Shown: positions 36,868 through 51,596 of the stretch, piece by piece
Numbering within the stretch: position 1 is the first letter of the stretch
Layout: the number at the start of each line of letters is the position of its first letter
Assembly (NCBI RefSeq): GCF_006345805.1
Contig: NC_043026.1
Coordinates: forward strand, 3,348,001-3,412,000
Length of the DNA: 64,000 bases
Source: Octopus sinensis
Taxonomy: Eukaryota
Direction: 5' to 3'
The notes under the pieces: generated by a model
The model's database searches: none
The model's input: only the letters and a program-made list of their open reading frames with translations
What the model was told of the DNA's origin: nothing
Translations under genes and position numbers: made by a program

Positions 36868-38190
36868 ATGGATAAAAGCGAGAAACATACCGAATTGATT
36901 TTACCTGAAGACATGATAAAAGAGAGAAGTAAATTATCCTATGACTGTGATATCTGTGAAAAGACATTCTCTCTAAAAGGTAATTTGACTAAACACAAAC
37001 GTATTCATACAGGAGAGAAGCCATATCATTGTGATATCTGTGGTAAATCTTTCTCTGGGAGTACTGCCCTAACAATACACATACGTATTCATACAGGAGA
37101 GAAACCATATCGCTGTAATATCTGTGACAAATCATTTTCTCAAAATATTGACTTAAATAAGCACATTCGTATTCATACTGGGGAGAAGCCATATCATTGT
37201 GATATCTGTGGTAAATCATTCTCTCAAAGTGCTGTCTTAACTACACACAAGCGTGTTCATACGGGAGAGAAGCCATATCACTGTGATATCTGTGGTAAAT
37301 CATTCTCTCGAAGTTATCACTTGACTTCTCACAAACGTATTCATTCAGGAGAGAAGCCCTATTGTTGTGATATCTGTGGTAATTCATTCTCTGAAAGTAG
37401 TGTCTTAACTAAACACAAGCGTATTCATACAGCAGAGAAGCCATATCATTGTGATATCTGTGATAAATCATTCTCTGTAAGTAGTTACTTACGTAAACAT
37501 AAGCATATCCATACAGGAGAGAAGCCATTTCACTGTGATGTCTGTGACAAATCATTCTCTGCAAATAGTGACTTAACAAGACACAAATTTGTTCATACAG
37601 GAGAGAAACCATATCATTGTGATGTCTGTGGTAAATCATTCTCTGTAAGTAGTTACTTGGCTGAGCACAAAAGTTTTCATACAGAGGAAAGGCAATATCT
37701 CTGTGATATCTGTGGTAAATCATTCTCCAAATTTGGTACATTAACTAGACACATTCGTAGTCATACAGGAGAGAAACCATTTCATTGTAATATTTGTAGT
37801 AAATCATTCTCTGGAAGTAGCGACTTTACTAAACACAAACGTATTCATTCAGGCGAAAAGCCATTTCACTGTGATATTTGTGATAAATCATTCTCGCAAA
37901 GTTATAACTTGACTTCTCACAAACGTATTCATACAGGAGAGAAGCCACATCACTGTGATATCTGTGGTAAATCATTCTCTGCAAGTAGTAACTTAATTTC
38001 TCACAAACGTATCCATACAGGTGAAAAGCCATATGCCTGTGATATCTGTAGCAAATCATTCTCTCAAAGTAGTGACTTAACTAAACACAAACGTATTCAT
38101 ATGGGAGAGAAGGCATATCACTGTGACATTTGTGGTAAATCTTTCTCTGAAAGTCATAAGTTAAATAAACATACATCTACACATATGTAA
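36868..38190 (+). CDS. C2H2 zinc-finger protein (ZNF gene 1), 440 aa, 15 tandem fingers, no KRAB/BTB/SCAN domain
   Basis: Intact ORF of CxxC-x12-H-x3-H units with TGEKP linkers; first ATG at 36868; acceptor TTATTATTTCAG ending 36470. Confidence 0.95.
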   Translation: MDKSEKHTELILPEDMIKERSKLSYDCDICEKTFSLKGNLTKHKRIHTGEKPYHCDICGKSFSGSTALTIHIRIHTGEKPYRCNICDKSFSQNIDLNKHIRIHTGEKPYHCDICGKSFSQSAVLTTHKRVHTGEKPYHCDICGKSFSRSYHLTSHKRIHSGEKPYCCDICGNSFSESSVLTKHKRIHTAEKPYHCDICDKSFSVSSYLRKHKHIHTGEKPFHCDVCDKSFSANSDLTRHKFVHTGEKPYHCDVCGKSFSVSSYLAEHKSFHTEERQYLCDICGKSFSKFGTLTRHIRSHTGEKPFHCNICSKSFSGSSDFTKHKRIHSGEKPFHCDICDKSFSQSYNLTSHKRIHTGEKPHHCDICGKSFSASSNLISHKRIHTGEKPYACDICSKSFSQSSDLTKHKRIHMGEKAYHCDICGKSFSESHKLNKHTSTHM

Positions 38191-38580
38191 GTGCAACTAT
38201 ATCAATGTCAAAACTTATAACAACAATAACAAACATTTTAGGCATCATCTGATGTAAGGGTAACCTTGTGCATTTTGCTATACAAGTAACTAATCCACTC
38301 GATATATCACCCACTTTTTAGGTTTGACATTTACTGATGCCAACCCCTTTACTTACCTCTTACTGTATGCCAGAATATGGTTTACTTTAAAAATTTGTTT
38401 TATGGAAAACAAAAATGGAAACATCTATAACTGCAAATGTTTTTATATAAGGAAGGAGTTTGATAATAACCTTCCAACACTATAGTTTTTATCTCTACAG
38501 CTATATCTCTATTGATGAGATAGTTTACCTCTGTGATATTTTTAATAAAAGTAATTTCTCCCAAACTTTGAATATGTTAC

Positions 38581-38791
38581 TCTTTACTCTTTTACTTGTT
38601 TCAGTCATTTGACTGCTGCCATGCTGGAGCACCGCCTTTAGTCGAGCAAATCGACCCCGGGTCTTATTCTTTGTAAGCCCAGTACTTATTCTATTGGTTT
38701 CTTTTGCCGAAGTGCTAAGTGACAGGGACGTAAACACACCAGCATCGGTTGTCAAGCAATGCTAGAGGGATAAACACAGACACACAAACAT

Positions 38792-38846
<55 letters not shown>

Positions 38847-39021
38847 CAAACATATATACGACAGGCTTTTTTCAGTTTCCGTCTACCAAATCCACTCACA
38901 AGGCATTGATTGGCCTGAGGCTATAGCAGAAGACACTTGCCCAAGATGCCACGCAGTGGGACTGAACCTGGAACCATGTGGTTGGTTAGCAAGCTACTTA
39001 CCACACAGCCACTCCTGCGCC
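38581..39021 (-). mobile_element. SINE family A, full length
   Basis: Reverse complement of 1582-1984 with an expanded internal (TA)n. Confidence 0.85.
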
Positions 39022-39237
39022 TTGTTACAAGAACTTTTATGTGAAACTATTTTTTGAAACCAATCTCTTGCTTTCTCAATGTTAAATAAGAAAATATTTT
39101 CTGGGATCCTAAGCATCAGTTACTGAGAAAAAGAAGTGAAATATAGACAACCAACAACCAGTGAGTGAATGTATAGGTTTTACTCATCGTGACTCCTCAT
39201 GAATGAATGTTTTTCAGAATATCCATATATATATATA

Positions 39238-39618
39238 TAGCTGTGATACCAGTGCCGGTGGCACGTAAAAAGCACCATCCGATCATGGCCATTTGCCAGC
39301 TTCGCCTGGCCCCCGTGCTGGTGGCACGTAAAAAGCACCAATCCGATCGTGGCCATTTGCCAGCCTCGCCTGGCCCCCGTGCCGGTGGCACGTAAATAGC
39401 ACCAATCCGATAGTGGCCATTGCCAGCCTCGCCTGGCACGTAAAAAGCACCCACTACACTCATGGAGTGGTTGGTGTTAGGAAGGGCATCCAGCTGTAGA
39501 AACATTGCCAGATCAGACTGGGCCTGTTGCAGCCTTCTTGCTTCCCAGACCCCAGTTGAACCATCCAACCCATGCTAGCATGGAAAGCGGACGCTAAACG
39601 AGGATGATGATGATGATA
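39238..39618 (+). mobile_element. Family C retroelement with ~3.5 internal ~60-bp repeats
   Basis: GGTGGCACGTAAAAAGCACC recurs; ends GATGATGATGAT. Confidence 0.8.
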
Positions 39619-40439
39619 TTTATTCCTTGTGAGTCTTTGTAGAAATGAGATGTTCTAGTCGAAGCATTTGATGGTGGAGGAGATAGAGATGTATAGCATA
39701 TATGACAACTGGAAGTTCCTAGGGAACAATCTACTGAGGGGCTATAGACCAAATATGTGGCTGGTGCAAAGTCCCAGCCAGGGGGACATAGTGTTGGAAC
39801 TGTGAGGTAGACGACAGTGTGATAAAATTAGAAAGGCTGGAAATATGGGGACAACAGAGAAATAGTAATTAAGTCAGTTTAATTAGTCGTACTAACCACT
39901 GGTTCCCTCATTGTTTTTTAAAGTATTCTACATGTGAGGTATCTCTGAATGTCTGCAATGTTTTTAAGGTTTGCTGATTTTTGTCTATAAAATAGATTCA
40001 TAAGACAGTAATTATCTCAGTTTAATTAATTTTGTAATCACTGATTTATTTGTAAATTCTGTTTTGGATATAACTACAGTTTAGTGCCCCACCCATGACT
40101 TTGTTTCCTCATAGCTCTCTTTAAAACTGATCACATTTTTAAATGAAATTTCTGCAAAATCTTTGCTAAGGTTTAGAATACATAGTGTTTTTATTTCACG
40201 CAATTATTTTTAAAAAATTGTGAAAATCCAAATTTATGGAAATTGATGATAACAAAACTGAGGTGGGGGTTGAGAAAGATTGGAAACTCCTCTAGAAAAA
40301 TGTTTTCCTAAATCTTTATGAAGATAATCATAATGTAAGTCCTCAAAAACTTATCACCCCAAAGTTTAATTTTAAAAATCTCATCTTTGTAAGATATACA
40401 TTTTTCTGAAAGTTACGTACATTGATAACACTTCCAATC

Positions 40440-40862
40440 AGTTAAGATCAAAAACCAGGTAAAACAGTAGGATTTCATCCATTTTTATGTTCTGAGTTCA
40501 AATTCCACCGAGGTCGACTTTGCCTTTCTACCTTTTGGGGTCCATGAAGTAACAGTCATGCACTAGGGATGATGTAATCGACTGGCTCCCTCCCCCAAAA
40601 CCCAAGGTCTTATGCTAATAACAGAAAGGATTATTATTATTATTTGGGTGGCAAGATGGCAGACACGTTAGCATGCAGATTAAAATACTTGGTGGAATTT
40701 CGTTTGGCTTCATGTTCTGAGTTCAAATTTTGCTGAGGTTGACTTTGCCTTTATCTTTTCTAGTCAATAAATCAAGTACCAGTTATGCACTGGGGTCAAT
40801 GTAATTGACTAGTCCCCTCACACCAGATTTCAGGCCTTGTGCCTTTAGTAAAAAGGATTTTT
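40440..40862 (+). mobile_element. Two tandem SINE family B copies
   Basis: CTGAGTTCAAATT B-box and central block at ~40490 and ~40717, each with its own tail. Confidence 0.7.
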
Positions 40863-41454
40863 ATTATTTTTATTTAAAAAGGGTCTGATTTGGCCCCATG
40901 AAGTCTTTTAGGCTCATCGTTGGAACCTAGCTTGTCAGGCTCAGATGATTAAATGCAGAGATAGAGGAATTCCAAAGTGGTTACTGGAGACTAGGATGTG
41001 ATTGGTCAAGGCAGGTCACATGGTGTTGTTGATAATAGTATTGAAATATGAGGGATATCAAATGCATATCTCAAGCTGTGTTTCTTGGATTGTGTGGTTG
41101 GGACATGTTGCTAGGGGTACGAATGCTCATATGCAAATGCCAGATGCACACAAGCACACATACACACACACAGATTCTTACATACACACATTCTTACATA
41201 CACTTACAAATACAGAAATGAGTATGTTCACACACACCAGACATTGGTATGCACACAAACTCATGCATCCCAGACATGTATGCATAGACACACGCCCACA
41301 GATGGTACTAATGCACATGTATACACACACACACACACACAGAGTCCTGCATATGTGCACTCACACAGTTGATACCCACCCTAGCAAACACGTATATACA
41401 CAGTTGAGCTGATGCCATCAGGTCACACACATATGCATTCATACAGCAGGTGAA

Positions 41455-41625
41455 CGCACACACTATCTATTCCTTTACTACCCACAAGGGGCTAAACATA
41501 GAGGGGACAAACAAGGACAGACATAGGTATTAAGTCGATCATATCAACCCCAGTGCGTAACTGGTACTTATTTAATCAACCCCAAAAGGATGAAAGGCAA
41601 AGTTGGTATTGCTTAAGTTTTTGCC
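41455..41625 (-). mobile_element. SINE fragment related to the family B central block
   Basis: Reverse complement contains AACTTTGCCTTTCATCCTTTTGGG..ATTAAATAAGTACCAGTTACGCACTGGGGTTGAT. Confidence 0.55.
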
Positions 41626-42189
41626 TCCATACTACCATACAGTGCCACCAACATCCTGTCCATTCTCATGATCTATAATCTTTAGATTGGGATCTCTATC
41701 TTATCTCATTGATATATCAATACTGTTATCAACAATGCTGCACAACCCTCCTTAACCAATAGCAGCTCAATATCCAGTAAGCATCTTGACCTTCCTCAGT
41801 CTCTGCATTCAGTTGCCTTTGCCTGATAAGCTATGTTCTTGTAATGTTTTTTTTAAATAAAAAATTTAACTCTTAAATGTGCTGTCTCTTTCTTTTCTTT
41901 TTTCACTCTCTTGTATATATGTACATACGTGCATGATGATGATGATGGTCGTGTACTTGTGACTGAGGAAGACTATTGCTGACCTTTAGGAACATTTTGT
42001 GCTCTAGGACTAACTTATGTTTTGCATTTGCAGCTCCAATGGTGACTAATGAGCCCTGCTCTTGACAAGCATACACGACTGCAAACATTGGAAACCAAGA
42101 TTTCCCCATTCACTACACCAGCAGGCTTAAATTCTTCATGCAGAATATGTGCTCTCACATAGGTGTTGACCCCCTCCTTAACCTGCTCC

Positions 42190-42480
42190 CTCCATCTGTG
42201 GTGATGACAGGCATTGACATATCCTGAATGTTAGCAGGGCCTTAAAAAATCCAAACACACAGGTCCTGAGGAAAGCTGATATGTTGAGTATTGAGGCAAT
42301 GGTGCACAAACACTGGTTATGTTGGACTGGACACCTTATTAGAAGGATAGCAGGATCCCTAAACAAATGTTATGTAAGGAACTTGTTAGTGAAAAGAGGA
42401 CCCAGAAGAAACCAAGGCTGCAAGGCCTTCAATGGGAACTTGAGACGGTCCGTCTCAAGTTCCCATTGAAGGCCTGTGAT
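42190..42480 (+). mobile_element. RTE/BovB-like LINE C-terminal remnant
   Basis: ..IPNTQVLRKADMLSIEAMVHKHWLCWTGHLIR, matching the IPNTEVL..A...SIE.M....LRW.GH pattern. Confidence 0.55.
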
Positions 42481-43852
42481 ATGTAGGAAACCGATGTACG
42501 CACAAACATACAAATGATTTAATATTTCGCTTAGACATAGTGAAACTGATAACCTGGAGTAGAACTCAAGATACAAAAAGTCCAGAACACAATGTTATAT
42601 GAGCGTAGAGCAGTAACAGAAAACAAAGAAATGACACTGGAAAATCTAAATGTTATCTGATGAGCAACTAAGAGTTCACCACATCTATAGCACAAACAAT
42701 TGTAAGCTAATGAAGTCTTTACACAACATTCAGATTTTCCAGTGTCATCTCTTTATGTGTGTGGGTGTGATCATAATCATATCGCTTAACATCCATTTTC
42801 AGTGCATGCATGGGCAGAACATGTGACAGAAGCCAGCCAGGTAGAAGACTACTCCAGGTTACTATGTCTGTTTTGGCAGGGTTTTTATGGCTGGATGCTT
42901 TTTACGTGACACCAGCAGTGGCAGGATCACCAAGTAACTTGCAAGACAAGGAATTTTGAGAGGGGCAGGGGCATTTGAAGAGGGAACTTGTGTCAGAGGA
43001 TGAAAGGTTAGAGTGTAACCGAGAGGCAGAGACAGAAACAGGGGTTTTGCTGTAATGGAGGAAATGATCTGGAGTCAGATGACGAAAGGTGAGAGAAACT
43101 TTGTCACCACACCATTCAGAAAGCTACAGATCAGTGTGATGAAAAATATTTTGTGGGACGCAAACATCAACTGCTTAAAAAAAAAAGAATAAATGAAAAA
43201 ACAAACAAACAAACATGTATTAGACTTTATTAATTATAGCTTTTCCCAAATATAACAATATTAGTTTCAACATAGTTTCAGATCAATACGAATTCAAAAG
43301 CGAGAAGAAATTGCCTTTATTAAAAATATCCCAGACATAAATTATCTCACCTGTGAAAATATAGTTGTTGTGAAATAAAATGTAGTATTGGGAGGCAGTT
43401 GCCACACACTGTTGTATCTCCTTCTTTATATGAATACATATTGATACAGATGAGCAATTTTTTATCTTATAGAGGAATTTTAACTAAAATCAATATCACT
43501 GTATGCTATAGGAGATATCTAAAGTGAGTTGCATCAAGAAGGGTCAACCAGCTGAAAATGACAGCTAAAAATACAGTGCCTCAACGTGTCAGTTATTGCT
43601 GAGATTAAAACCCACAAGGCTATTCACACTATAGGTAAAGGTCAAAATATTCGTTGTTGCTATGAAATTTTACATTGATATAGTTATACTTGTATATGAA
43701 TATATACATGTCTGCATCAGTGGCTACTTTCAGTGAAAGATTTACCACATACATCAGTGACATGGTTTCTCTCCTCTAAGAATATGTTTGCATTTAGCTA
43801 ATTGAAGACTTCCAGAGAATGATGTGCCATTGATATCACAATGGGATGGCTT

Positions 43853-44927
<1,075 letters not shown>

Positions 44928-45549
44928 TTACCTTCTCAAATCACAATGCATATATATTTCTTGCTTTTGTTCTTATACTTTATTCTTTACAATTACTCAT
45001 ACTGCTGTATTTTTGTCTAGTGTTACCTTTGTCTAAGAACTCTTGTAAATTTATTCAAGTTTAGTTTACACAATCTCATCTTGTAGACACTACAATCAGT
45101 GTACACATTTTGCTAATAATCACAGTTCAGAGGAAATATTTCACAGTAATTCTGCCAAAGATTTATAGAAACAGTGTTATATATCTCTTCAGTACAACAT
45201 TTTTCTTCAGTCTTCAAAAGATGATAGATAAGGAGCATATATCTCTTGGTATCCCAAACGTCATCAGATATTCTGAAATAATAAAGAAACAACAGTGAAA
45301 GATATAGAGGTTACTTTATAAATACAGATTCAACAGTGGAAAATCTACAACACGTCTGTAGAGAGGAACTGTAGAAATAAACATCTACCTCACAACTGAA
45401 CATTTTAATTTACTAGCAGAGACACCTGGTGTTGTCCGCAAATGAAATTTTGTATATTTTGGAAGAAAAAAGCAAAATATGTTGTATAGAATTTGTGATT
45501 CTAAATTCAATTTATTCTTCAATTGAGATACAATTTATTCCTTAATTAC

Positions 45550-45944
45550 TCTTTACTCTTTTACTTGTTTCAGTCATTTGACTGCGGCCATGCTGGAGTA
45601 CCGCCTTTAATCGAGCAACTTAACCCCGGGACTTATTCTTTTGTAAGCCCAGTACTTATTCTATCGGTCTCTTTTGTCGAACCGCTAAGTAACGGGGACA
45701 TAAACACCCCATCGGTTGTCAAGCAATGCTAGGAGGACAAACACAGACACACAGACATACACGCACACATGTATATATATATATACATTCTTTTCAGTTT
45801 CCGTCTACCAAATCCACTCACAAGGCTTTGGTCGGCCCGAAACTATAGTAGAAGACACTTGCCCAAGATGCCATGCAATGGGACTGAACCCGGAACCATG
45901 TGGTTGGTAAACAAGCTACTTACCACACAGCCACTCCTGCGCCT
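45550..45944 (-). mobile_element. SINE family A, full length (in putative intron 1 of ZNF gene 2)
   Basis: Reverse complement of 1582-1984. Confidence 0.85.
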
Positions 45945-46287
45945 ATTGGAAAATCAATTCTGAATTTATAATACAAAAATAATAATAATGATGATGATGA
46001 TAATAAAACGAAAATACAAAATTAACCCCTTTTATGAAAGGAGATAAATTCTACCGAAGTCCTCTCCCCACCCCTAGGAAAAGATTTTACCCACAAATTT
46101 CGTTATAATCGTAATGTATAAAATTTCATTTAAAAAAAATAAAACCATTTTCCTAAAAGTTATTAGGGAAAAACTCGGATCTTGTGAATTTTCCGAAGTC
46201 CTCTCCCCATCCCGCCGTTGCTTTCCACGCATTTTTCCTTTCATTTTCGTTTCCTGCTCCCCATTTTTTAATACCCGTTGCACTATT

Positions 46288-47339
46288 CATAGACACCTCT
46301 CTTCCATAGCTAGAAATAGCAGCCAAATCTCGCACAAATCATAGACACCTCTCTTCCATAACTAGAAATAGCAGCCAAATCTCGCACAAATCATAGACCC
46401 CTCTCTTCCATAGCTAGAAATAGCAGCCAAATCTCGCACAAATCATAGACACCATCTCTTTCATAGCTAGAAATAGCAGCCAAATCTCGCACAAATCATA
46501 GACACCTCTCTTCCATAGCTAGAAATAGCAGCCAAATCTTGCACAAATCATAGACACCTCTCTTCCATAGCTAGAAATAGCAGCCAAATCTCGCACAAAT
46601 CATAGACACCTCTCTTCCATAGCTAGAAATAGCTGCCAAATCTCGCACAAATCATAGACACACCTCTCTTCCATAGCTAGAAATAGCAGCCAAATCTCGC
46701 ACAAATCATAGACACCTCTCTTCCATAGCTAGAAATAGCAGCCAAATCTCGCACAAATCATATAGACACCTCTCTTCCATAGCTAGAAATAGCAGCCAAA
46801 TCTCGCACAATCATAGACACCTCTCTTTCATAGCTAGAAATAGCAGCCAAATCTCGCACAAATCATAGACACCTCTCTTCCATAGCTAGAATAGCAGCCA
46901 AATCTTGCACAAATCATAGACACCTCTCTTCCATAGCTAGAAATAGCAGCCAAATCTCGCACAAATCATAGACACCTCTCTTCCATAGCTAGAAATAGCT
47001 GCCAAATCTCGCACAAATCATAGACACCTCTCTTCCATAGCTAGAAATAGCAGCCAAATCTCGCACAAATCATAGACACCTCTCTTCCATAGCTAGAAAT
47101 AGCAGCCAAATCTCGCACAAATCATATAGACACCTCTCTTCCATAGCTAGAAATAGCAGCCAAATCTCGCACAAATCATAGACATCTCTCTTTCATAGCT
47201 AGAAATAGCAGCTAAATCTCGCACAAATCATAGACACCTCTCTTCCATAGCTAGAGATAGCAGCCAAATCTCGCACAAATCATAGACACCTCTCTTCCAT
47301 AGCTAGAAATAGCAGCCAAATCCCGCGCAAATCATAGAC
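46288..47339 (-). repeat. 52-bp tandem array, ~20 homogeneous copies, in putative intron 1 of ZNF gene 2
   Basis: CATAGACACCTCTCTTCCATAGCTAGAAATAGCAGCCAAATCTCGCACAAAT at 46288, 46340, 46392 and onward; reverse complement of the 35039-35862 unit. Confidence 0.97.
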
Positions 47340-47444
47340 ATCATTCATTCATAAAAGATAGAAAAAACACAAAGAATCGAGTCGTCAAATATCGAAAGTC
47401 TACAGAATTAAAAAGACTGAATATTTTCCTTGTTTAATACTTAC

Positions 47445-47570
47445 AGCAATGTTTTATAAAGGATAGTGTTGTTTACAAAGTATTATAAATGTATTCATAA
47501 ATTCAAGCAATGGACATAAATAATTCGATGCTAAAATGGAAAGAGATGGACGCATGGTGCGCATGCGCGT
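47445..47570 (-). promoter_or_regulatory. Putative promoter motif and non-coding exon 1 of ZNF gene 2
   Basis: TGCGCATGCGCG at 47558-47569 (full NRF1 consensus match) and minus-strand GTAAGT donor at 47444. Confidence 0.62.
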
Positions 47571-47966
47571 TTTTGGACTCGATGGTTCCATTAGCTCACG
47601 CTTGTTACCTCCCTTGATGTTTCATGTCGGTCTTTACATCTCCTATATTGAGTGCGTCTCATTATAGCATCTCTGGGTTAAATTTCTAGAATACATCTTT
47701 ACTGTGCAAATAAAAAGCACACATGTAGACATGAATATATATACAGACACAGTCATGCATAAGTATATATTTACAGATATATATATATATATATACTTTA
47801 TTTTAAGCAGCAGAAAATTCAACAAAATCTGTTACTCTGAGTTTCTCGTTGCCGTTCATCAGACAGTTTTTGCTAGCAAAAACTGCTTAAAATAAAGCAT
47901 ATTACTCTACCACTGGTATTTGAGTACTCTTTTTTCCACCTTGTTTCACATTTATGTGTTTACTCC

Positions 47967-48010
<44 letters not shown>

Positions 48011-48011
<1 letters not shown>

Positions 48012-48400
48012 CTCTTTTACTCTTTTACTTGTTTCAGTCATTTGACTGTGGCCATGCTGGAGCACCGCCTTTAGTCGAGCAGATCGACCCCGGAACTTAT
48101 TCTTTTGTAAGCCCAGTACTTATTCAATCGGTCTCTTTTGCCGAACCGCTAAGTTACGGGGACGTAAACACACCAGCATCGGTTGTCAAGCAATGCTAGG
48201 GGACAAACACACACACACATATATATATACATATATACGACAGGCTTCTTTCAGTTTCCGTCTACCAAATCCACTCACAAGGCATTGGTCGGCCCGGGGC
48301 TATAGCAGAAGACACTTGCCCAAGATGCCACGCAGTGGGACTGAACCCGAACCATGTGGTTGGTTAGCAAGCTATTTACCACACAGCCACTCCTGCGCCT
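48011..48400 (-). mobile_element. SINE family A, full length, between the divergent ZNF promoters
   Basis: Reverse complement of 1582-1984. Confidence 0.85.
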
Positions 48401-48898
48401 ATGTATAATATTTATATATTATTTTTTTAGGGAATAAAAATTCCGGGATCTTTGATTTTAGCTCAATAGAGGCAATAGGATTGGTTAAAATTCGAAAACG
48501 TAGCTTAATTCGAAAAATTAAGCTACGTTAAACTTACAAATTACAATTTTCTCAAGAAAGCCAAGAGAAAAAAAAATGTGGAATCCAATGTAGATCCCAA
48601 CAAATATCTTACAAACTATAGAATTTTCTCAATAAAGCCAAGAGAAAAAGATGTTTTATAAACACATTCTACCAGTATACGAAGTTTAAAAGTGTTTAGT
48701 TAACTAGAAATTGTGTTAAAAATCTGCCGGTCAAAGCGAAAAGATCCAAATAAAGTTTGCCTTTCACCTTTTTGCTGGGGTTCAATAAAATAAATACCAG
48801 TTAACAACTGAGGTCCGCGGTAATCGACTTACGCACCCTCCCCTCCCCCGAAATTGCTGGCATTGTGCCAAAATGTGAATATCTCACACCTATTACAT

Positions 48899-49062
48899 AC
48901 GCATGCGCACTAAGCCTATTTCCGCTTCTATTCATTACATCTTGACAAGCTTTGTTTGGCGCCAGAATTTCTATTAATTCACTCGGCAATACATTTATAA
49001 AACATTTCTCTACCACCTGACGCACTCATAACAACGACACCATCTTTTATAAAGACATTTCC
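48899..49062 (+). promoter_or_regulatory. Putative promoter motif and non-coding exon 1 of ZNF gene 3
   Basis: ACGCATGCGCAC at 48899-48910 and GTAAGT donor at 49063; exon and donor flanks align with the other two paralogs. Confidence 0.62.
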
Positions 49063-49675
49063 GTAAGTATTAAACAATGAAAACATTTAATCTTTCAATA
49101 ATTCGTGTATCAGATTTTGTTCCACATTTAGCTGCTATTTCTAGCTATGGTGGCTACCTTCTACTCTCTCCATCGTTTCCTCTTAAGTTTGTTGGGTATT
49201 TTAGTTGGAGAAATATCCCAAATACTCTACAACCCCAGAAATGTTGAGAAACGAATGTTTTATTATAATTTATCGAATGTTCGTTTCTTGGTATCGGGAA
49301 GGGGAAGAAATAGTAAGCGGGGCAAAATGAGTAATTTCTTATTATTTTCTTACCATTATGACATTGGTTAGAAAGATTTCAACTGAAATCATTGTAGGTT
49401 TTAGCCAGAATTATTCTAAAGGACATTTCAGAACTCTTCTGGAAACTTCCGTGGGATGTTATAAAATCCTGGGCTTTTTTTTCCGATTTTTACTTAGTGA
49501 ATCGCTTGCTTTCTGGAAGCTACTCATTCCCACATAGTTCTTGTTTTGTAAAATTAAAGATACCCGACGTTGCTTTCCTCCATAATGACCAAAAGTCATA
49601 AAGTTATAAACTTGAAGAAAGAAAGCCTTGCATATTCGTTCTACACCCGTTTCATGTGTGTATGTAAAATCGGTT

Positions 49676-51596
49676 AATATAGGGCGTAACAAATATCAGA
49701 AAATCAAAAAAAAAATGTGTGTAATAGGTGTAAAACAACTTCCTATGAACGAATATGAAAAAAAAAATTCGCGCACGCGAAAGGGGGGTGGGAGAGAGGC
49801 CTCGGAAAATTCACATCGGGAAGTTCCGAAAGCGTCTGAGGAGCTGACCCGGGCACCAAAACAAAAAAAAAATAGTGTAATATGTGTAAAACAACTTGCT
49901 CTAAACGAATATGACAAAAAAAAATGCGCTCTCGCGAAAGAGGGGTGGGGGAGAGGCCTCGGAATATTTATATCGGGAATTTCCGAAAGCGTCTGAACCG
50001 GGCACAAAAACAAAAACAAAAACAGCGTAATAGGTGTAAAACAACTTGCTCTAAACGACTATCATGAAAAAAATGCGCGCTCGCGAAAGGGGGGTGGGGG
50101 AGAGGCTTCGGAAATTTCACATCTTCAGTCCACGGCCTTTAAACTAAGAAAAAATAGTGTAATTGGTGTAAAACTACTTGTTCTAAACGAGTATCAAGAA
50201 CACACACTCACACATGAATCATAAACTCCGTATTTCGCAAAAAAAAAAATAATAAAGAGAAGAAATTCTGGAAAAAGTGAAGAAATGTTGGATCTCCGCC
50301 ATGTGAATCAAAATACGTGTCAGAAACATCTTGAAATACTACAGAAATTATGTTACGAAAATGATAATGTATACATACCTCTTTGAGTGGTCCATCGATA
50401 ACGATGATAAAGAAATGAGTTGGATTTGAACTCAGAATATTGACTAACACAACTACATACTACAAGACTCAAAATATTCAGCCAAGTCACCACCCTTTAA
50501 CTAGCAATAATAATAACATCAATAACATAACAGCCAAAAGATTTATTTGTTCTGAAAATAACAATCATAGTAAATAAATATGTTCTTTAATATTCACATT
50601 CATGTGCACAGTTAAACACACTTACATACAAACAGTCACGCATGCATAATACAGAACGGAACACATAAATGAAGGATGCATTACTTAGTATATATTACAT
50701 CGAGAGAATTTTGATTAATAAGTCAAATATGCAAATTATAAAGATAATTAATTGCTTTACTAAACAGTGTTGTAAAGGTGAAAAAATAAATTTGGGAAAA
50801 AAATACACGCCAAAACTAATTAATAAAGGATAATTAGGGAAGGATTGACACAAAATAATTATTTTTTCTGTCTCTTTTTTTCTGATAAATGCATCTTAAT
50901 AAGTGAGAAGAATTGCATATATCTGAACTATTTCAAAGAAAAGCATAAATTTAATGTTTAAAATAGCTTTAACCAAGGAATGAGATCCAACATTTCTTCA
51001 CTTTTTCCAGAATTTCTTCTCTTTATTTTTTTTTTTTTTGCGAAATACGGAGTTTATGATTCATGTGTGAGTGTGTGTTCTTGATACTCGTTTAGAACAA
51101 GTAGTTTTACACCAATTACACTATTTTTTCTTAGTTTAAAGGCCGTGGACTGAAGATGTGAAATTTCCGAAGCCTCTCCCCCACCCCCCTTTCGCGAGCG
51201 CGCATTTTTTTCATGATAGTCGTTTAGAGCAAGTTGTTTTACACCTATTACGCTGTTTTTGTTTTTGTGCCCGGTTCAGACGCTTTCGGAAATTCCCGAT
51301 ATAAATATTCCGAGGCCTCTCCCCCACCCCTCTTTCGCGAGAGCGCATTTTTTTTTGTCATATTCGTTTAGAGCAAGTTGTTTTACACATATTACACTAT
51401 TTTTTTTTTGTTTTGGTGCCCGGGTCAGCTCCTCAGACGCTTTCGGAACTTCCCGATGTGAATTTTCCGAGGCCTCTCCCCCACCCCCCTTTCGCGTGCG
51501 CGAATTTTTTTTTTCATATTCGTTCATAGGAAGTTGTTTTACACCTATTACACACATTTTTTTTTTGATTTTCTGATATTTGTTACGCCCTATATT
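49676..51596. mobile_element. Foldback-type element: ~620-bp near-identical modular TIRs around a 685-bp AT-rich spacer
   Basis: 49676-50296 is the reverse complement of 50982-51596; arms contain ~3.3 modules of ~140-155 bp; TATGTAAAATC flanks both sides (49661-49671 and 51597-51607). Confidence 0.85.
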
